Source: an uncultured Acidobacteriota bacterium (GTDB taxonomy: Bacteria > Acidobacteriota > Thermoanaerobaculia > Gp7-AA8). Taken from it: a stretch of DNA of 64,000 nucleotides. Each line of letters starts with the position of its first letter. Within the stretch, counting starts at the first letter, position 1. Under the pieces are notes generated by a model. That model was not told the origin of the DNA, ran no database searches, and saw only the letters and a list, made by a program, of their open reading frames with translations. The stretch is from contig CAWGHO010000001.1 in the NCBI GenBank assembly GCA_963822445.1, forward strand, positions 832,001 to 896,000, read 5' to 3'. Below are positions 51,292 through 63,493 of the stretch, piece by piece. A program made the position numbers and the translations under genes.

Positions 51292-53451
51292 TTAGTCGCG
51301 TTTGATCTTGCCGCCGCTGCTGCGGTTGCCGCCATCGGACGATCCGCCCGACTTGCTTCCGCCGCCGCTGGTCGACGATTTGCCTGAGCTGCCCGAGCTG
51401 CCCGAGGAACTGCCACGGTCGACTCTGCTTCCGCCGCTGCTGCTGCGTGAGCCGCTGTCGCGGGAGCCGCTGCTCTCGCGAGGCTTGGCGGTGCTGCCGC
51501 CGCCGTCGTTGTCCCGGCGGCGGGTCGTGCCTGCGCTCTCACGCGAGCGGGTGCTCGTGCTGCTGCTGTCGTCCTTTTCGCGAGGAACCACACGCGCGCC
51601 GCCGATGCGGTCGATCACGCGGGCGGGTACATCGCCCGATCCACGGCTGGTCGACTCGCGCGACGACTCGCGGGTCACGGTCACGGAATCGCTCGGTTCA
51701 GAGTCGCGGCTGCGGTTGCGCCAGGAGCTGTCCCGCGAGATCGCGGTGCGATCGCGAGTCGCCGACGGACTCTCGGAAGGCGTCGCCGTCGCGGGCTGGT
51801 CGCTGCCGCCGCGGTTGCCGAGGCGATCGCGCCAGGAAGAAGTGCCCGATGACGTCGAATCGCGGTCCACGCTGGCCGGTGTCTCGGCGGCGCGATCGCG
51901 TCCCACGATCACCGGATCGCGGCGCCGGGTCGTCCCTTCGACAGGCTGGGTCGTCGCGCCGCTTCCGCTTCCGGGCGCGAGACCGCTGCGGCCGATGGAG
52001 CTGCCGCCGGTCGACGGCACGTTGCCGATCACGCGAGAGCCGCCGGCCGCGTCGCGGCCACGCGTCCGCACGATGTTGTCGCGAACGGAGGCGCCGAGGT
52101 TCGGATCGCGGCGAATGAAGCCGGTCAGGTCAGTGGGCTGATTCACGCCGGTCGCGCCGGACGTGTCGCCACCCAGACCACGGCGGCGGATCGCGGCGGC
52201 CGGATCGCGGACTTCTTCACGTGTGAACCGCGAGGGTCCACCGGCCACGGTCGCGAATCCACCGCTGCCGGTGCGGCCGAGGCGCTGTTTGATCGCGTCG
52301 GTCGTCAATGCTGCCCGATCGATGCGGTTGCTGAAGATGTGGTTCGAGTCGATGAACGTCCAGGGACGCAGGTCGAGATCGTTGACGCGGATGCGGCCGT
52401 GGAATCCGAAGCCGATGTCGTATCCGGCGCGGCGGTACGGACGGTAGGCCCAGTCGTAGTACGAACGGTGGCAATCCCACCAGCCCGCGGGCGCCCAGCC
52501 GACGTAACCGGAGCCGTACATCCAGTAAACCCAGGCCGGTGAATAGCTGTACCCAGGCACCCAGACCCAGCCGAAGCCGGAATCATGCGCCCAGCGGCCG
52601 TAGTGATACGGAGCCCAGCCCCAGGGATCGTGCGAGACCCAGGTCAGGCAACCGGTGCGGCTGGTGAACCAGTAGCCGTTGTAGTACGGACGCCAGCCCA
52701 CGGAGACGTATGGACGCCACGACCAGCCGATGCCGGTCGCGAAGACCCAGCGGCCATGTGTGTCGAGATCGTCGGACCAGTAGGAGAGGCGGCGATCCAT
52801 GTAGCGGTTGTCGTAGGAGCCGTAACGCTCGGCGCGCTTGAGAAACCAGCGCTCGAAGTCATCGGCGGCAGCGCGCTGATCGCCGACCAGGTCGAACACG
52901 CCTTCGTTGTCGACCGATGCCGACTCACCTTCGCGCAGGCGCGTGGTTTTTGCCGGCGTGCGCACTTCGACCGATCCGTCGAACACGGAGACGCGGTCGC
53001 GGCCGCGCGTGTCGGTCTCGACCGAGTACACGGCTTCGTGAGTCGCCACGTAACTGGCGTTGTCGGTATCGAGGCGGACGTGCTGGCGGCCGATGTCGGT
53101 GCGATGCACGGCCACCTTGCCGAAGCGGAGCGTTGCGACGGTCTCGTTCGAATCGCCTTCGTAGCTGTCGAGGATCGAATCGAAGCGGAGGGAGGTCGCG
53201 CGATCGACGCCGAGGATGTTGCCGTCGGACAGATGCACCTCGGCGCGTCCACGGCGTGCAGTGACGATCTCGTCGCCCGGGTAGATCGGGAGGTTGCGAT
53301 GTGCTTCGACGTCCCGGCCGTCAGTGCGGACGATCGTGCCGCCGTCGTCGTACGAGATGTACGACTGGTGCCGCTCGTCGGCGCTCAGGGTGAACGCGAG
53401 GGTGAGAGTGAGGAGGGTGAGGAATGCGGATCTCGTTGCGAGGTGTCTCAT
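51292..53451 (-). CDS. Secreted FecR-domain + DUF6600-like (Trp-rich) protein with S/G/R-rich tail
   Basis: Signal peptide, FecR-like beta region, GWRPY..G.W/PWGWAPYHYGRW/SPAWV repeats, low-complexity C-terminus. Confidence 0.8.
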   Translation of the reverse strand: MRHLATRSAFLTLLTLTLAFTLSADERHQSYISYDDGGTIVRTDGRDVEAHRNLPIYPGDEIVTARRGRAEVHLSDGNILGVDRATSLRFDSILDSYEGDSNETVATLRFGKVAVHRTDIGRQHVRLDTDNASYVATHEAVYSVETDTRGRDRVSVFDGSVEVRTPAKTTRLREGESASVDNEGVFDLVGDQRAAADDFERWFLKRAERYGSYDNRYMDRRLSYWSDDLDTHGRWVFATGIGWSWRPYVSVGWRPYYNGYWFTSRTGCLTWVSHDPWGWAPYHYGRWAHDSGFGWVWVPGYSYSPAWVYWMYGSGYVGWAPAGWWDCHRSYYDWAYRPYRRAGYDIGFGFHGRIRVNDLDLRPWTFIDSNHIFSNRIDRAALTTDAIKQRLGRTGSGGFATVAGGPSRFTREEVRDPAAAIRRRGLGGDTSGATGVNQPTDLTGFIRRDPNLGASVRDNIVRTRGRDAAGGSRVIGNVPSTGGSSIGRSGLAPGSGSGATTQPVEGTTRRRDPVIVGRDRAAETPASVDRDSTSSGTSSWRDRLGNRGGSDQPATATPSESPSATRDRTAISRDSSWRNRSRDSEPSDSVTVTRESSRESTSRGSGDVPARVIDRIGGARVVPREKDDSSSTSTRSRESAGTTRRRDNDGGGSTAKPRESSGSRDSGSRSSSGGSRVDRGSSSGSSGSSGKSSTSGGGSKSGGSSDGGNRSSGGKIKRD

Positions 53452-53486
53452 GGGGATCTCTCCTGCCAAGTCGAGAGCGTTCCAGT

Positions 53487-53502
53487 TGCGGTCCGGGTGC
53501 CA
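53487..53502 (-). promoter_or_regulatory. Candidate sigma54 promoter, with IHF-like site at 53530-53542
   Basis: TGGCAC-CCGGA-CCGCA (GG-N10-GC); TTTCAACGACTTA is one mismatch from WATCAANNNNTTR. Confidence 0.5.
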
Positions 53503-53599
53503 CGCTACGGTTGAGTATTCCGCTCGTGTTTTCAACGACTTAGCTGAAGCGCTCGATTGGCTTCTGTCCTCGATTGAGGAACAGGGCGTCACCAAAACA

Positions 53600-54340
53600 C
53601 TACGTCCCGAATTGCAGCCGGTGCGCGAGCACGTCCGGGAGGCCGGCCTTGAGGATCGACGTCTGTGTTTTCTTCACGTCGTACTCCGTCCGGAAAAACT
53701 GAACCGTGCGCTTGTCGGAATCGAAAATCACGAACGACGCGTGAGGAATCCGGTCGCGCGGCTGTCCTACCGAGCCGGGGTTGATCAGATACCGAAACCG
53801 CGGGTCGAGCTTCACCGTGGCATCCCCGCGGACGGCAAACCCGCTCACGTTCTGCTTCTCATCGAGGGTGAAAACCGCCGGCAGATGGGTGTGGCCGAAG
53901 AGGATGAACGGCTGGTTGAACAGCGCCATGACCTGCGCGGCGTGGTGGACGTTGAAGACGTACTCGTCCTCGTCGTACGGCGAGCCGTGACAGAGCATCA
54001 CGTTTTTGTGAATGACCGGGCCGACGGTCAGATCGCGCAGAAAGCTGCGATTGCGCGGACTGAGGTGGTCCCGGGTCCAGAGCGCGGCCGCCTTTGCCGC
54101 GTGATTGAAGCCGCTGGCGTCGTCGAGTCCCGCGGCCACGCGATCGTGATTGCCGCGGATGTAGAGCTTGCGGCCTTTCATCGTGCGCATGGTGTCGAGG
54201 ATCTGATTCGGCTGCGCGCCGTAACCGACGAAGTCGCCGAGGCAGATCACGGTGTCGAACTTCTTGCGGCGCACGCGGGCCATTACCGACTTGAGGGCCT
54301 CCGAGTTCGCGTGGAGGTCGCTGACGACGAGCGCTCTCAC
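53600..54340 (-). CDS. Metallophosphoesterase family protein
   Basis: [37 protein letters not shown]. Confidence 0.93.
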   Translation of the reverse strand: MRALVVSDLHANSEALKSVMARVRRKKFDTVICLGDFVGYGAQPNQILDTMRTMKGRKLYIRGNHDRVAAGLDDASGFNHAAKAAALWTRDHLSPRNRSFLRDLTVGPVIHKNVMLCHGSPYDEDEYVFNVHHAAQVMALFNQPFILFGHTHLPAVFTLDEKQNVSGFAVRGDATVKLDPRFRYLINPGSVGQPRDRIPHASFVIFDSDKRTVQFFRTEYDVKKTQTSILKAGLPDVLAHRLQFGT

Positions 54341-54876
54341 GCCCGTCTCCAGATCGCGGCCTTCTTCGCCGACTCGAGCACGCTCTTCGGCAGCTCGAGG
54401 AGCAGGCGCTCGACGATCTCGATCGGCGTCTCGTCCTCGCGCACTTCGATGGTCAGATCGGACATCCGGTAGTAGCGGATGCGGTTCGCGTACAGCTCGT
54501 GCGTGGAAATGTCGTCGCGGAACAGCGGCCGGTCGTCCTTCGTCCCCACCCGCGAGCGAAGGAGCGCGTACGGCGCGGAGAGGTACACCGACATCCCCTC
54601 GGACTGGATGAACTGGATGTTCTCGTCGAACGTGAATGTGCCGCCGCCCGTTGCGACGATGCCGCTCTCGAGGTGTTTCGTCGATTTCAGGAGATCGCGC
54701 TCCCGTTTGCGGAAGTACGCCTCGCCGTGGACCGCGAAAATCTCCTTGATGGTCATCTTCTCCGCGGTCTCGATCAGCTCATCGAGGTCGAAGAAAGGCG
54801 CGTCGATACGCGCTGCCAGCTCCCGGCCGATGGTGGTCTTGCCGGAGCCCATGAAGCCGACCAGGTAGATTTTCAT
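54337..54876 (-). CDS. aroK: Shikimate kinase
   Basis: [28 protein letters not shown]. Confidence 0.93.
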   Translation of the reverse strand: MKIYLVGFMGSGKTTIGRELAARIDAPFFDLDELIETAEKMTIKEIFAVHGEAYFRKRERDLLKSTKHLESGIVATGGGTFTFDENIQFIQSEGMSVYLSAPYALLRSRVGTKDDRPLFRDDISTHELYANRIRYYRMSDLTIEVREDETPIEIVERLLLELPKSVLESAKKAAIWRRA

Positions 54877-54901
54877 TGTGACAGGAACGACGGCGGAGCG
54901 T

Positions 54902-56247
<1,346 letters not shown>

Positions 56248-56261
56248 GTCTGGTTCGGGAG

Positions 56262-56756
<495 letters not shown>

Positions 56757-56760
56757 ATGG

Positions 56761-57123
56761 CTACCTCTCAGACTCAACTCGTCGCGAAGCAAATGCTTGG
56801 CCTTCGCGAGCTCGTAGCGCGCGCGGCCGTAGTTCCCATCCGGACTGAGGACGAGCAGGATGTAGTACTCGGGCGTGACCTCGGAGAGAAAAGCGATGTA
56901 TTTCTCGGTGACCAGGGAGAACTGCTGCACGTCGCCGGTATTCAGCTCGGTGTTGCGCGGCGCTGATCGATTTGATGAAGCCTCCGAACTCGGCGCCGAG
57001 GACTTCCAGGGGGACGTCGCCGCCGCGGAGGGTCTCGATGGCGATGCCGTCGAGTCCGATCAGGCTGGCGGCCATGGCGCCTTCGACGCGCGCGCGCAGG
57101 CCGGCCAGTACGTCCTTAAACAC
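56761..57123 (-). CDS. Roadblock/LC7 domain protein (MglB/MglC-like; frameshifted)
   Basis: L..L...V.GA.AA.LIGLDGI; C-part Y.LLVL..DGN.GRAR..L in another frame. Confidence 0.75.
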   Translation of the reverse strand: MFKDVLAGLRARVEGAMAASLIGLDGIAIETLRGGDVPLEVLGAEFGGFIKSISAAQHRAEYRRRAAVLPGHREIHRFSLRGHARVLHPARPQSGWELRPRALRAREGQAFASRRVESER

Positions 57124-58193
57124 GCCCCACCTCTTTCCGCGAGACCTTGGCCAGCCAGTTCTCCAGCTTGACGACGGTGCGGCGCTTGTCGAGCATCGCC
57201 AGCTTCGCGGTCACGGCGTGATTGTCGGGGTCGCGGGCGAGGATGTTCTCGTAGATGTGGCGGGCGTCGTCGATCAGCCCCTGGCGCGCGTAGAGATCGG
57301 CCATGGTGATCGTGCTGGACACGTCGTCGGAGACGCCGGCTGGTGCAGGCTCGGTCGGCGCGAAGACATCCGATTCGTCGTTCGAAAGCGGCAGCGGCTC
57401 TTCCTCCTTCGTAGACCGGTGACGGCACTTCAGCAGAGAGGGGCGCCGCGTCGACGTGGAAACCGCTCGGCGCCTCGATGGTCAGCGCGGCCGAGCTGTA
57501 ATCCGAGGCCGGTTCTTCGAAGGGGCTTTCTTCATGCGCGACCGACATCGGCTCGGCGTCACCGGTCGCTTCCGCGATGCGGGCTTCTTCTTCTTCTGCA
57601 CTGGCCTGCAATGCCTCGTCGAAGGGCGATTCCATGGTCGGGATCGGCGGTTCGGCGGGGGCGGGAGTGAAACCGATCGCGGTGTCCTCGCCGGAGAAGG
57701 GTTGCTCGGGCTCGGGTTCCGGTTCGGGTTCCGGCTGAGGTGCCGGGGGCGGTGCAGGTTCCGGAGCGGCGGCCGGCGCACGCAGGTCGCGGTCGAGCGC
57801 GTCGATCTGTTCCTTCAGATCGTCGTCCGGCATCAGCGCGTAGACGAGCTTGTACTTTTTGATGGCTTCGACTTTTTCGCCGAGGTTCAGGTAGGCATCG
57901 GCGAGCAGGCGCGCGGCCACGACGTTGCCGGGATCGAGCTGGAGGGCTTTCGTAAGCGCCTCGACGGCATCGTTGTCCTTCTTCTGATCGCGGAGGACGC
58001 GGCCGAGGCTGACCCAGGCGGAAAGATAGGTGGCGTGAACGGTCAGACCGGTGCGGAGAACCCGCTCGGCCTCGTCGGTCTGGCCGACTTTCCGAAGCTC
58101 CTCCGCCAGCGGGTAAAAAAGGCGGCTCTTCGGGTCAGTCTTGACCTTGAATCGAAGCTCTTCGATTTTCGCGTTCGTCGCCGGTTGAGCCAT
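57116..58193 (-). CDS. Tetratricopeptide repeat protein with acidic/Pro linker (frameshift near 57380)
   Basis: DPKSRLFYPLAEE, TPR repeats, PE-rich linker; C-terminal T.TMADLY.RQG...IY..IL..DP.N. Confidence 0.8.
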
Positions 58194-58224
58194 CGCGGAC
58201 CCTGAATTCTAACTGCACCAGACA

Positions 58225-58252
58225 CGAACCGCCCCACGGAGGGGGCGGTTCG
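58225..58252 (-). terminator. Hairpin downstream of the IPT/TIG lipoprotein gene
   Basis: CGAACCGCCCC-N6-GGGGCGGTTCG. Confidence 0.55.
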
Positions 58253-58276
58253 GTGAAGTTCATGTCGATAAAACGA

Positions 58277-60304
58277 TTAGTTGGCGTTACCGCTGAAGCA
58301 GATGTCCACAAACGGCGTATCGGGGTCGTTGGTGTTGACTCGAATCGTCCCGGAGTAAGCACCTGCGGCCGTCGGATTCGCGGTGACGGTGAATGTCGAG
58401 CTGGCCTGAGGCGCAATCGTACCCGTCGTCGGTGAGACGGTGAACGATGCGTTCACCGCTGCCGTTTGAGTCAATGAGCTGACGACCAGCGGCTGACCGC
58501 CGGTGTTCGTAACGCTGATCGTCGCCGTCGAGGTCGCTGTATTCAATACCGGTTCCGGAGCCATCGGGTTTCCGGCCGGGCAGTTAGCCGCCGGAGTGAC
58601 CACAGCGTTCGGTGGCGGCGGCGTGACGCACGGACACGGCATCGGGTCGCAAGGACTGACGGTTACCGCGTCCTCTACTGTGTCGGTGCATCCAGTCGTT
58701 GAGTTCGTGTAGGTAATATCCAGCTGGACCGGCAGCCGTCGCGTTCCCGTCACACCGCCTCCATCGACGCAGGCCTCAGTCGGGAAGGTGAGGGTGCTGG
58801 GCACGGGCACGGTGAATGTGGCAAACGTTCCGTCCGCGCTGAACACCGGTGTCGCGAAGAATGTTGAGTCGCCAATCTTGATTTTGTTCGCGCCCGGCTG
58901 CGCGTTCAGAACGGTGATGGTGACGGACTCGCCCGGCAGAACCGGGTTCGCGGAGTCATTGCCATTCGGTACCACCGCGCTGATTGCCGGAGCCGGTACC
59001 CGGAACGTGAAACTCGGCCCTGAGGCGGTGTCTCCGTTCGAGAGATTCGTAACGGTGATCGGCCCCGCGACATCCGCACACGTCGTTATGACCACACCCG
59101 AGGTGATGGCGATGACGCGCGTTCCGCTCACGAATACCGGCTGCGCTGCCACGCCGCCGATGGTCACCGCGACCGGAGCGACGAAGCCGTTGCCGTCGAT
59201 GGTGACGCGCGTGCCGCCGGTAAACGGCCCTTCGGTCGGACCCGCGGCGATGACGTCGATCGCGGCGACGTAACGGAAACCGCCCGCGAGCGTGGTGCGG
59301 GTCTGGGAGTTGATGTTCACGACGGTGATGTCGACCGGTCCTGTCACGACTCCGCTTCCATTGGGAGACGTGTCGCGCGCTGCCGGGGCCTCGACGATGA
59401 TCTCCGTAAAGCCGACCTGCACCACCCTCGCCTCGGCATTGCCGAACAGGACCTGAGCAGGCGCCTGGAAGCCGTCGCCGATGATGCTCACCAGCGTGCC
59501 GCCAAGGATCGGGCCGGAGTTCGGCGTGGCCGTGGAGATCCGCGGCGTGAGCTGTTCGTTGCGGAAGGTGAATCCGTCGGTCACGTCGACGCTCTGCTCG
59601 TTCGTCGAGCCGGCGCGGGTGATGACGATGACGCGCGATGCGAGCTCCTGACCGGCGCCGAGATTCACAGGCGGCGTGATCACTTCGATCTGCGTGTCGG
59701 TGCGGGAAACGACGAATCCTTCGACCGGAGCGGCACCGCCGACGTCGAAGAGCACCTTGACCGGTCCGATGAAGTTCGTGCCGGTGATACGGATGGTCTG
59801 GCCGCCCGAAGGACGGCCGATGGAGGGAGTGATCGATTGAATCGAGGGCGCGGTGCCCGGCACCGGGGGCGTCACCGGACGCGCGCGGAACGTGACGTCT
59901 ACCGTGCGGGTGACGTTGTTGACCGTGGCGGTGATGCGAGTCGCACCGGGGGTTGCCGCGGTCAGCGTCGCCGAGGCGACGCCGTTCGTGGTCGTGCGGA
60001 TCGTCGTCGAGGCCAGCGTGTCAGTGAACGTGCCGTTGTTCGAGGAGAACTCGACGGCCGTTCCGTTCGGGACAGGCTGTCCGTCCAGGGTCACGTTCGC
60101 GGTGATCACTACGGTCGAGTCGACCAGAGGGTCGGCGTTCGAGGTCGTGAGATTGAGCGTGACGCCCGATGGCGGCGTGGTACCACCCGGGGGGATCGAC
60201 CCTCCCGGCGGCGGAGCGGTCGGCGACTCGCCTTTGCATGCGCCGAACACGAGCAGCAGCGCGATGAGCGCCACTGATGGAATTCGCTTCGTCATTTTGA
60301 TCAT
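58277..60304 (-). CDS. Lipoprotein with Big_1-like, three IPT/TIG and C-terminal ASH/choice-of-anchor-D-like Ig domains
   Basis: Lipobox FGAC; SITPS.G..SGG..I.I.G.NF repeats; VTNTGGQPLVV...TNDPD. Confidence 0.8.
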   Translation of the reverse strand: MIKMTKRIPSVALIALLLVFGACKGESPTAPPPGGSIPPGGTTPPSGVTLNLTTSNADPLVDSTVVITANVTLDGQPVPNGTAVEFSSNNGTFTDTLASTTIRTTTNGVASATLTAATPGATRITATVNNVTRTVDVTFRARPVTPPVPGTAPSIQSITPSIGRPSGGQTIRITGTNFIGPVKVLFDVGGAAPVEGFVVSRTDTQIEVITPPVNLGAGQELASRVIVITRAGSTNEQSVDVTDGFTFRNEQLTPRISTATPNSGPILGGTLVSIIGDGFQAPAQVLFGNAEARVVQVGFTEIIVEAPAARDTSPNGSGVVTGPVDITVVNINSQTRTTLAGGFRYVAAIDVIAAGPTEGPFTGGTRVTIDGNGFVAPVAVTIGGVAAQPVFVSGTRVIAITSGVVITTCADVAGPITVTNLSNGDTASGPSFTFRVPAPAISAVVPNGNDSANPVLPGESVTITVLNAQPGANKIKIGDSTFFATPVFSADGTFATFTVPVPSTLTFPTEACVDGGGVTGTRRLPVQLDITYTNSTTGCTDTVEDAVTVSPCDPMPCPCVTPPPPNAVVTPAANCPAGNPMAPEPVLNTATSTATISVTNTGGQPLVVSSLTQTAAVNASFTVSPTTGTIAPQASSTFTVTANPTAAGAYSGTIRVNTNDPDTPFVDICFSGNAN

Positions 60305-60322
60305 GTGATCCCCCGATCGCCG

Positions 60323-60919
60323 CTAGGCGCACCCACCACAGTTGAAGCAGAAATCCAGCGGGAAGCGGGTCGCGTCGTACACGTTCTCGCCGCCCAGCGT
60401 CTCCCCGAAAATCTCCACGATCACATCCATCTTCACGAGCGGCCGTCCCGTGTCCGGGTCGCGTCCCCCGTTCTGAGGCAACAGCGCAGCAAAGGGCGCC
60501 TGATTCACGGCGTCCGATTCGAGAATGACGAACTCGGTCAGCGACCCGCTGGCGCCCGAGGCGATCAGCGTGTCGACGGTCCGGACGAACGGTGCAGGCA
60601 CCAGGCGTCCGCCGTCGGTCCGCTGATACGAAACGCGGTAACGGGTGATTCGTACCGAGTTGAACGTCCCCCCGACGTTGGAGCTCTTCGGGACGACCTG
60701 CATGTTGATCGTGCCGACGCTCTCATCGCACTCCGGATCGTCATTCGCGGCCAGGTCGAGCTGCTGGAGGTTCTGCGTGTTGGTGACCACGAGCTCGACC
60801 GGGGCGGAGTTGCTGGTCAGCTCGTTGCTGCAACCAATGACCGCCGCGGCCAGCGCGCACGCCGCCAGCGCGATCAGTTTCTTCGTCGATTGAATTGTGG
60901 CCATGGTGGTCGTCCTCAT
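60323..60919 (-). CDS. Hypothetical lipoprotein
   Basis: Lipobox VIGC; GGGAGG RBS; ends FCFNCGGCA. Confidence 0.75.
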   Translation of the reverse strand: MRTTTMATIQSTKKLIALAACALAAAVIGCSNELTSNSAPVELVVTNTQNLQQLDLAANDDPECDESVGTINMQVVPKSSNVGGTFNSVRITRYRVSYQRTDGGRLVPAPFVRTVDTLIASGASGSLTEFVILESDAVNQAPFAALLPQNGGRDPDTGRPLVKMDVIVEIFGETLGGENVYDATRFPLDFCFNCGGCA

Positions 60920-60933
60920 GTGCGCCCCTCCCC

Positions 60934-63462
60934 TTACGACCCTCTCACGATGCGCGGAGTGATGAAGATCAGCAGCTCGTCGTGCGATGTCGAGACGTCG
61001 TGCGAACGGAACAGCGCCCCGATGATCGGGATGTTGTGTACGAACGGCAGCCGCGAGACCGCATCGTTGTCCTTGGTCTGGAAAATACCGGCGATGACGG
61101 CCGTACCGCCATCGCGAACCATCAGCTTGGTGCGGGCCTGCCGCGTGGTGAGTGGCGTGCCCGACGCGCCGACGATCGCGAGACCAGGCGCCGGCTCGTT
61201 CTTCTGAACCTGAATGTCCATGATCACCGTGTTCGCATCCGTGATCTGCGGCGTGACCGTGAGGCTCAGCGTCGCGTCGAGGTAATCGACGGTGGTCGTG
61301 AAGTTCACGCGGGTCTGATACGGGATCTGGAAACCGCTCGTGATCGAGGCGGCCTGATTGTCCTGCGTCGTCACGCGCGGTGCGGAGACGACTTTGATGT
61401 AGCCCTGTGTTTCCGCCGCGGTCAGTGCGAAGTCGAGCGTGAACGAGCCCAGGACGTCGACCAGCTGGAGACTGATCACGTTGCGGCCCGCGCCGAACTC
61501 GAACGGTCCGCCCTGGAAGCCGACCCGGTTCGGGAAGACCAGACCGGTGCCGGTGCCGAGGTTCGGGTCGAGATCGCCGCCGAAGTTCCAGTCGATGCCC
61601 CACTGCTGCGCGAACGTACGCGAGCTTTCCACGATCCGGGCTTCGATGGTCACCTGACGCGTCGGCACGTCGACCGTCACGATCAGGTTCTGCATCGTCT
61701 GCAGGTACTGCGGGATCTCACTGATGATGAGCTGATTCGTGCGCTGGTCAACGAGGATGCGCGCACGCGGCGAAGCCAGTTCCTTGAGCAGCACGGCCAC
61801 GTCGCCGGCGCGGGCATACGAGATCGGGAAGCTGAGGGTCGTCAGCGGAACGTTGAGGCGCTCTTCCTCTTCCAGCTTGCGGGTCGCGGCCGTTTCGGCA
61901 GCAAGGCGCTCGACCCGTCCGATGCGCATCACGTTGCCTTCGATGACGTACGTGAGGTTGTTCTGGCGAAGGATGATGTCGAGGGCCTGATCCCAGGGGA
62001 CGGCAGCGAAATCGACGTTGACCGATCCGGCTACGCCCGGGTCGATGGCCACGTTCAGGCCGGTGATCTCGGCGAACGTGGAGAGGACGTCCTTGATGTC
62101 GGCGTCCTTGAGGTTCAGATCGATCGGCTCGCCGTTGAAGACCTTGCGGCCGGAGCTGAGCGTGCGCGTGCCGAGTGTCTGCGGGCCGGTCGACGGTTGC
62201 GGCGGCTGGGCGAAGACGTTCTCGAGCTGCTGATTGCTGGTGTTCGGAGGCGCTACTTCCTGCGGCGGATTGATGACGCCGCGCGCGCCCTTCGATGCCG
62301 GCTCGGGCATCTTCCAGGTGTTCGCGTTTTCGGCGATGGTCGGGACCTGCGCCGGAATGTCGACCGGCGCGGACTTCTTCGTTACCGGAGCCGGCGCGGG
62401 AGCGGTCTCGAAGACCGAGACGCTGGTTTCAGCCGGTTTCGAGTAGGCCGGCTTGGAGACGGCCGGCGCAGGCGGAGGAGCCGGTGCCGGTTCGGACTTG
62501 CGCGCGACGACCGCGGCCATCGGCGCGTTCGCACCGAAAGACACGCGAAGCTGGTCGCCTTCGTTGTCGATCGTGTACTCGGTCTTGTGGGCGAGGTCGA
62601 TGACCACGCGGGCAACTGTCGGCTGGAACTGGGCAACGCGGACCCGCTTGACGACGTCGTTGTCGACGGTGACCGGGCCTTTGGTGACGCCGTTCTTCAC
62701 ACCGTCGAGGTCGATGACCAGACGGCTGGGGCTCTCGAGGCGGAACGCTTTGTACTTGAGGGCGCCGTCTCCGGTAATGCGCACTTCGACCGCATCGCCC
62801 GTAGAGCGCGCGTCGATGTTGCGGACCGTGCGGGCGCGCGGGAGCGAGGCCGCTTCGGCTTTCGCGGGCGCGGGAGTTTCGACTACCTCTTCGACGACAG
62901 GCTCGGAGACCGGTTCTGCGACCGGCTCCGGAATCGGATCGGGCGTGATCGTCTCGGCGACGGGGACGACGGCCGGGAGGACTTCGATCGCGGACGGCGC
63001 GCTCTCGATGGCGATGGCCGTGGCGGGGATGGTCACGGCGACGGCCTTGTCGAGCGCTGCGACTTCCAGGTTCATCGGCGAGGACATCCGGAACGTGATC
63101 CGGGTCAGCCGGTTGCCCATCTCCACCACTTCCTCGGCGGCGATCGACGTGACGGCGGGAGGCAGGGTCGAGGGAATGGTCAACGCTGCGTCGCGGCTCG
63201 TGCCGGTCAGATCGACGACAAAGACGCCCGGAGTCGGGCTGTAGGAGGTGTAGGCCGGCGCTCCGCTGGTTCGCAGGATCACGCGCGAGCCGTCAATCTC
63301 GACGGCGTTGAGCGTCATCGCGCTGAGGGCTGCGGACTCGGACGGCGACTTCGCCTTCCGGGATCCGAACAGACCCGCGTCGGCAGACCCGACGCTCAGC
63401 AGAAGGATGCCGGCAATCACCACGAATCGCTTGGCTCTTCTCATACTTCCCACCTTCACCAT
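60934..63462 (-). CDS. pilQ: Type IV pilus secretin with two AMIN domains
   Basis: AMIN (F.LESPSRLVIDL, RVAQF..RVV.DL), KDADI, VPWDQALD, QVTIEARIVE, P....IPIIG.LF, ELLIFITP. Alternative start at 63444. Confidence 0.95.
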   Translation of the reverse strand: MVKVGSMRRAKRFVVIAGILLLSVGSADAGLFGSRKAKSPSESAALSAMTLNAVEIDGSRVILRTSGAPAYTSYSPTPGVFVVDLTGTSRDAALTIPSTLPPAVTSIAAEEVVEMGNRLTRITFRMSSPMNLEVAALDKAVAVTIPATAIAIESAPSAIEVLPAVVPVAETITPDPIPEPVAEPVSEPVVEEVVETPAPAKAEAASLPRARTVRNIDARSTGDAVEVRITGDGALKYKAFRLESPSRLVIDLDGVKNGVTKGPVTVDNDVVKRVRVAQFQPTVARVVIDLAHKTEYTIDNEGDQLRVSFGANAPMAAVVARKSEPAPAPPPAPAVSKPAYSKPAETSVSVFETAPAPAPVTKKSAPVDIPAQVPTIAENANTWKMPEPASKGARGVINPPQEVAPPNTSNQQLENVFAQPPQPSTGPQTLGTRTLSSGRKVFNGEPIDLNLKDADIKDVLSTFAEITGLNVAIDPGVAGSVNVDFAAVPWDQALDIILRQNNLTYVIEGNVMRIGRVERLAAETAATRKLEEEERLNVPLTTLSFPISYARAGDVAVLLKELASPRARILVDQRTNQLIISEIPQYLQTMQNLIVTVDVPTRQVTIEARIVESSRTFAQQWGIDWNFGGDLDPNLGTGTGLVFPNRVGFQGGPFEFGAGRNVISLQLVDVLGSFTLDFALTAAETQGYIKVVSAPRVTTQDNQAASITSGFQIPYQTRVNFTTTVDYLDATLSLTVTPQITDANTVIMDIQVQKNEPAPGLAIVGASGTPLTTRQARTKLMVRDGGTAVIAGIFQTKDNDAVSRLPFVHNIPIIGALFRSHDVSTSHDELLIFITPRIVRGS

Positions 63463-63493
63463 CTCGCCCTCCCCTGATCCGCGCCCCCGCCCG

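Noticed and set aside
60895-63477. Long antisense ORFs (860 aa opposite pilQ; also 15585-17453, 45478-47079 and others)
   Set aside because: Shadow ORFs expected from high-GC codon bias; no recognisable motifs
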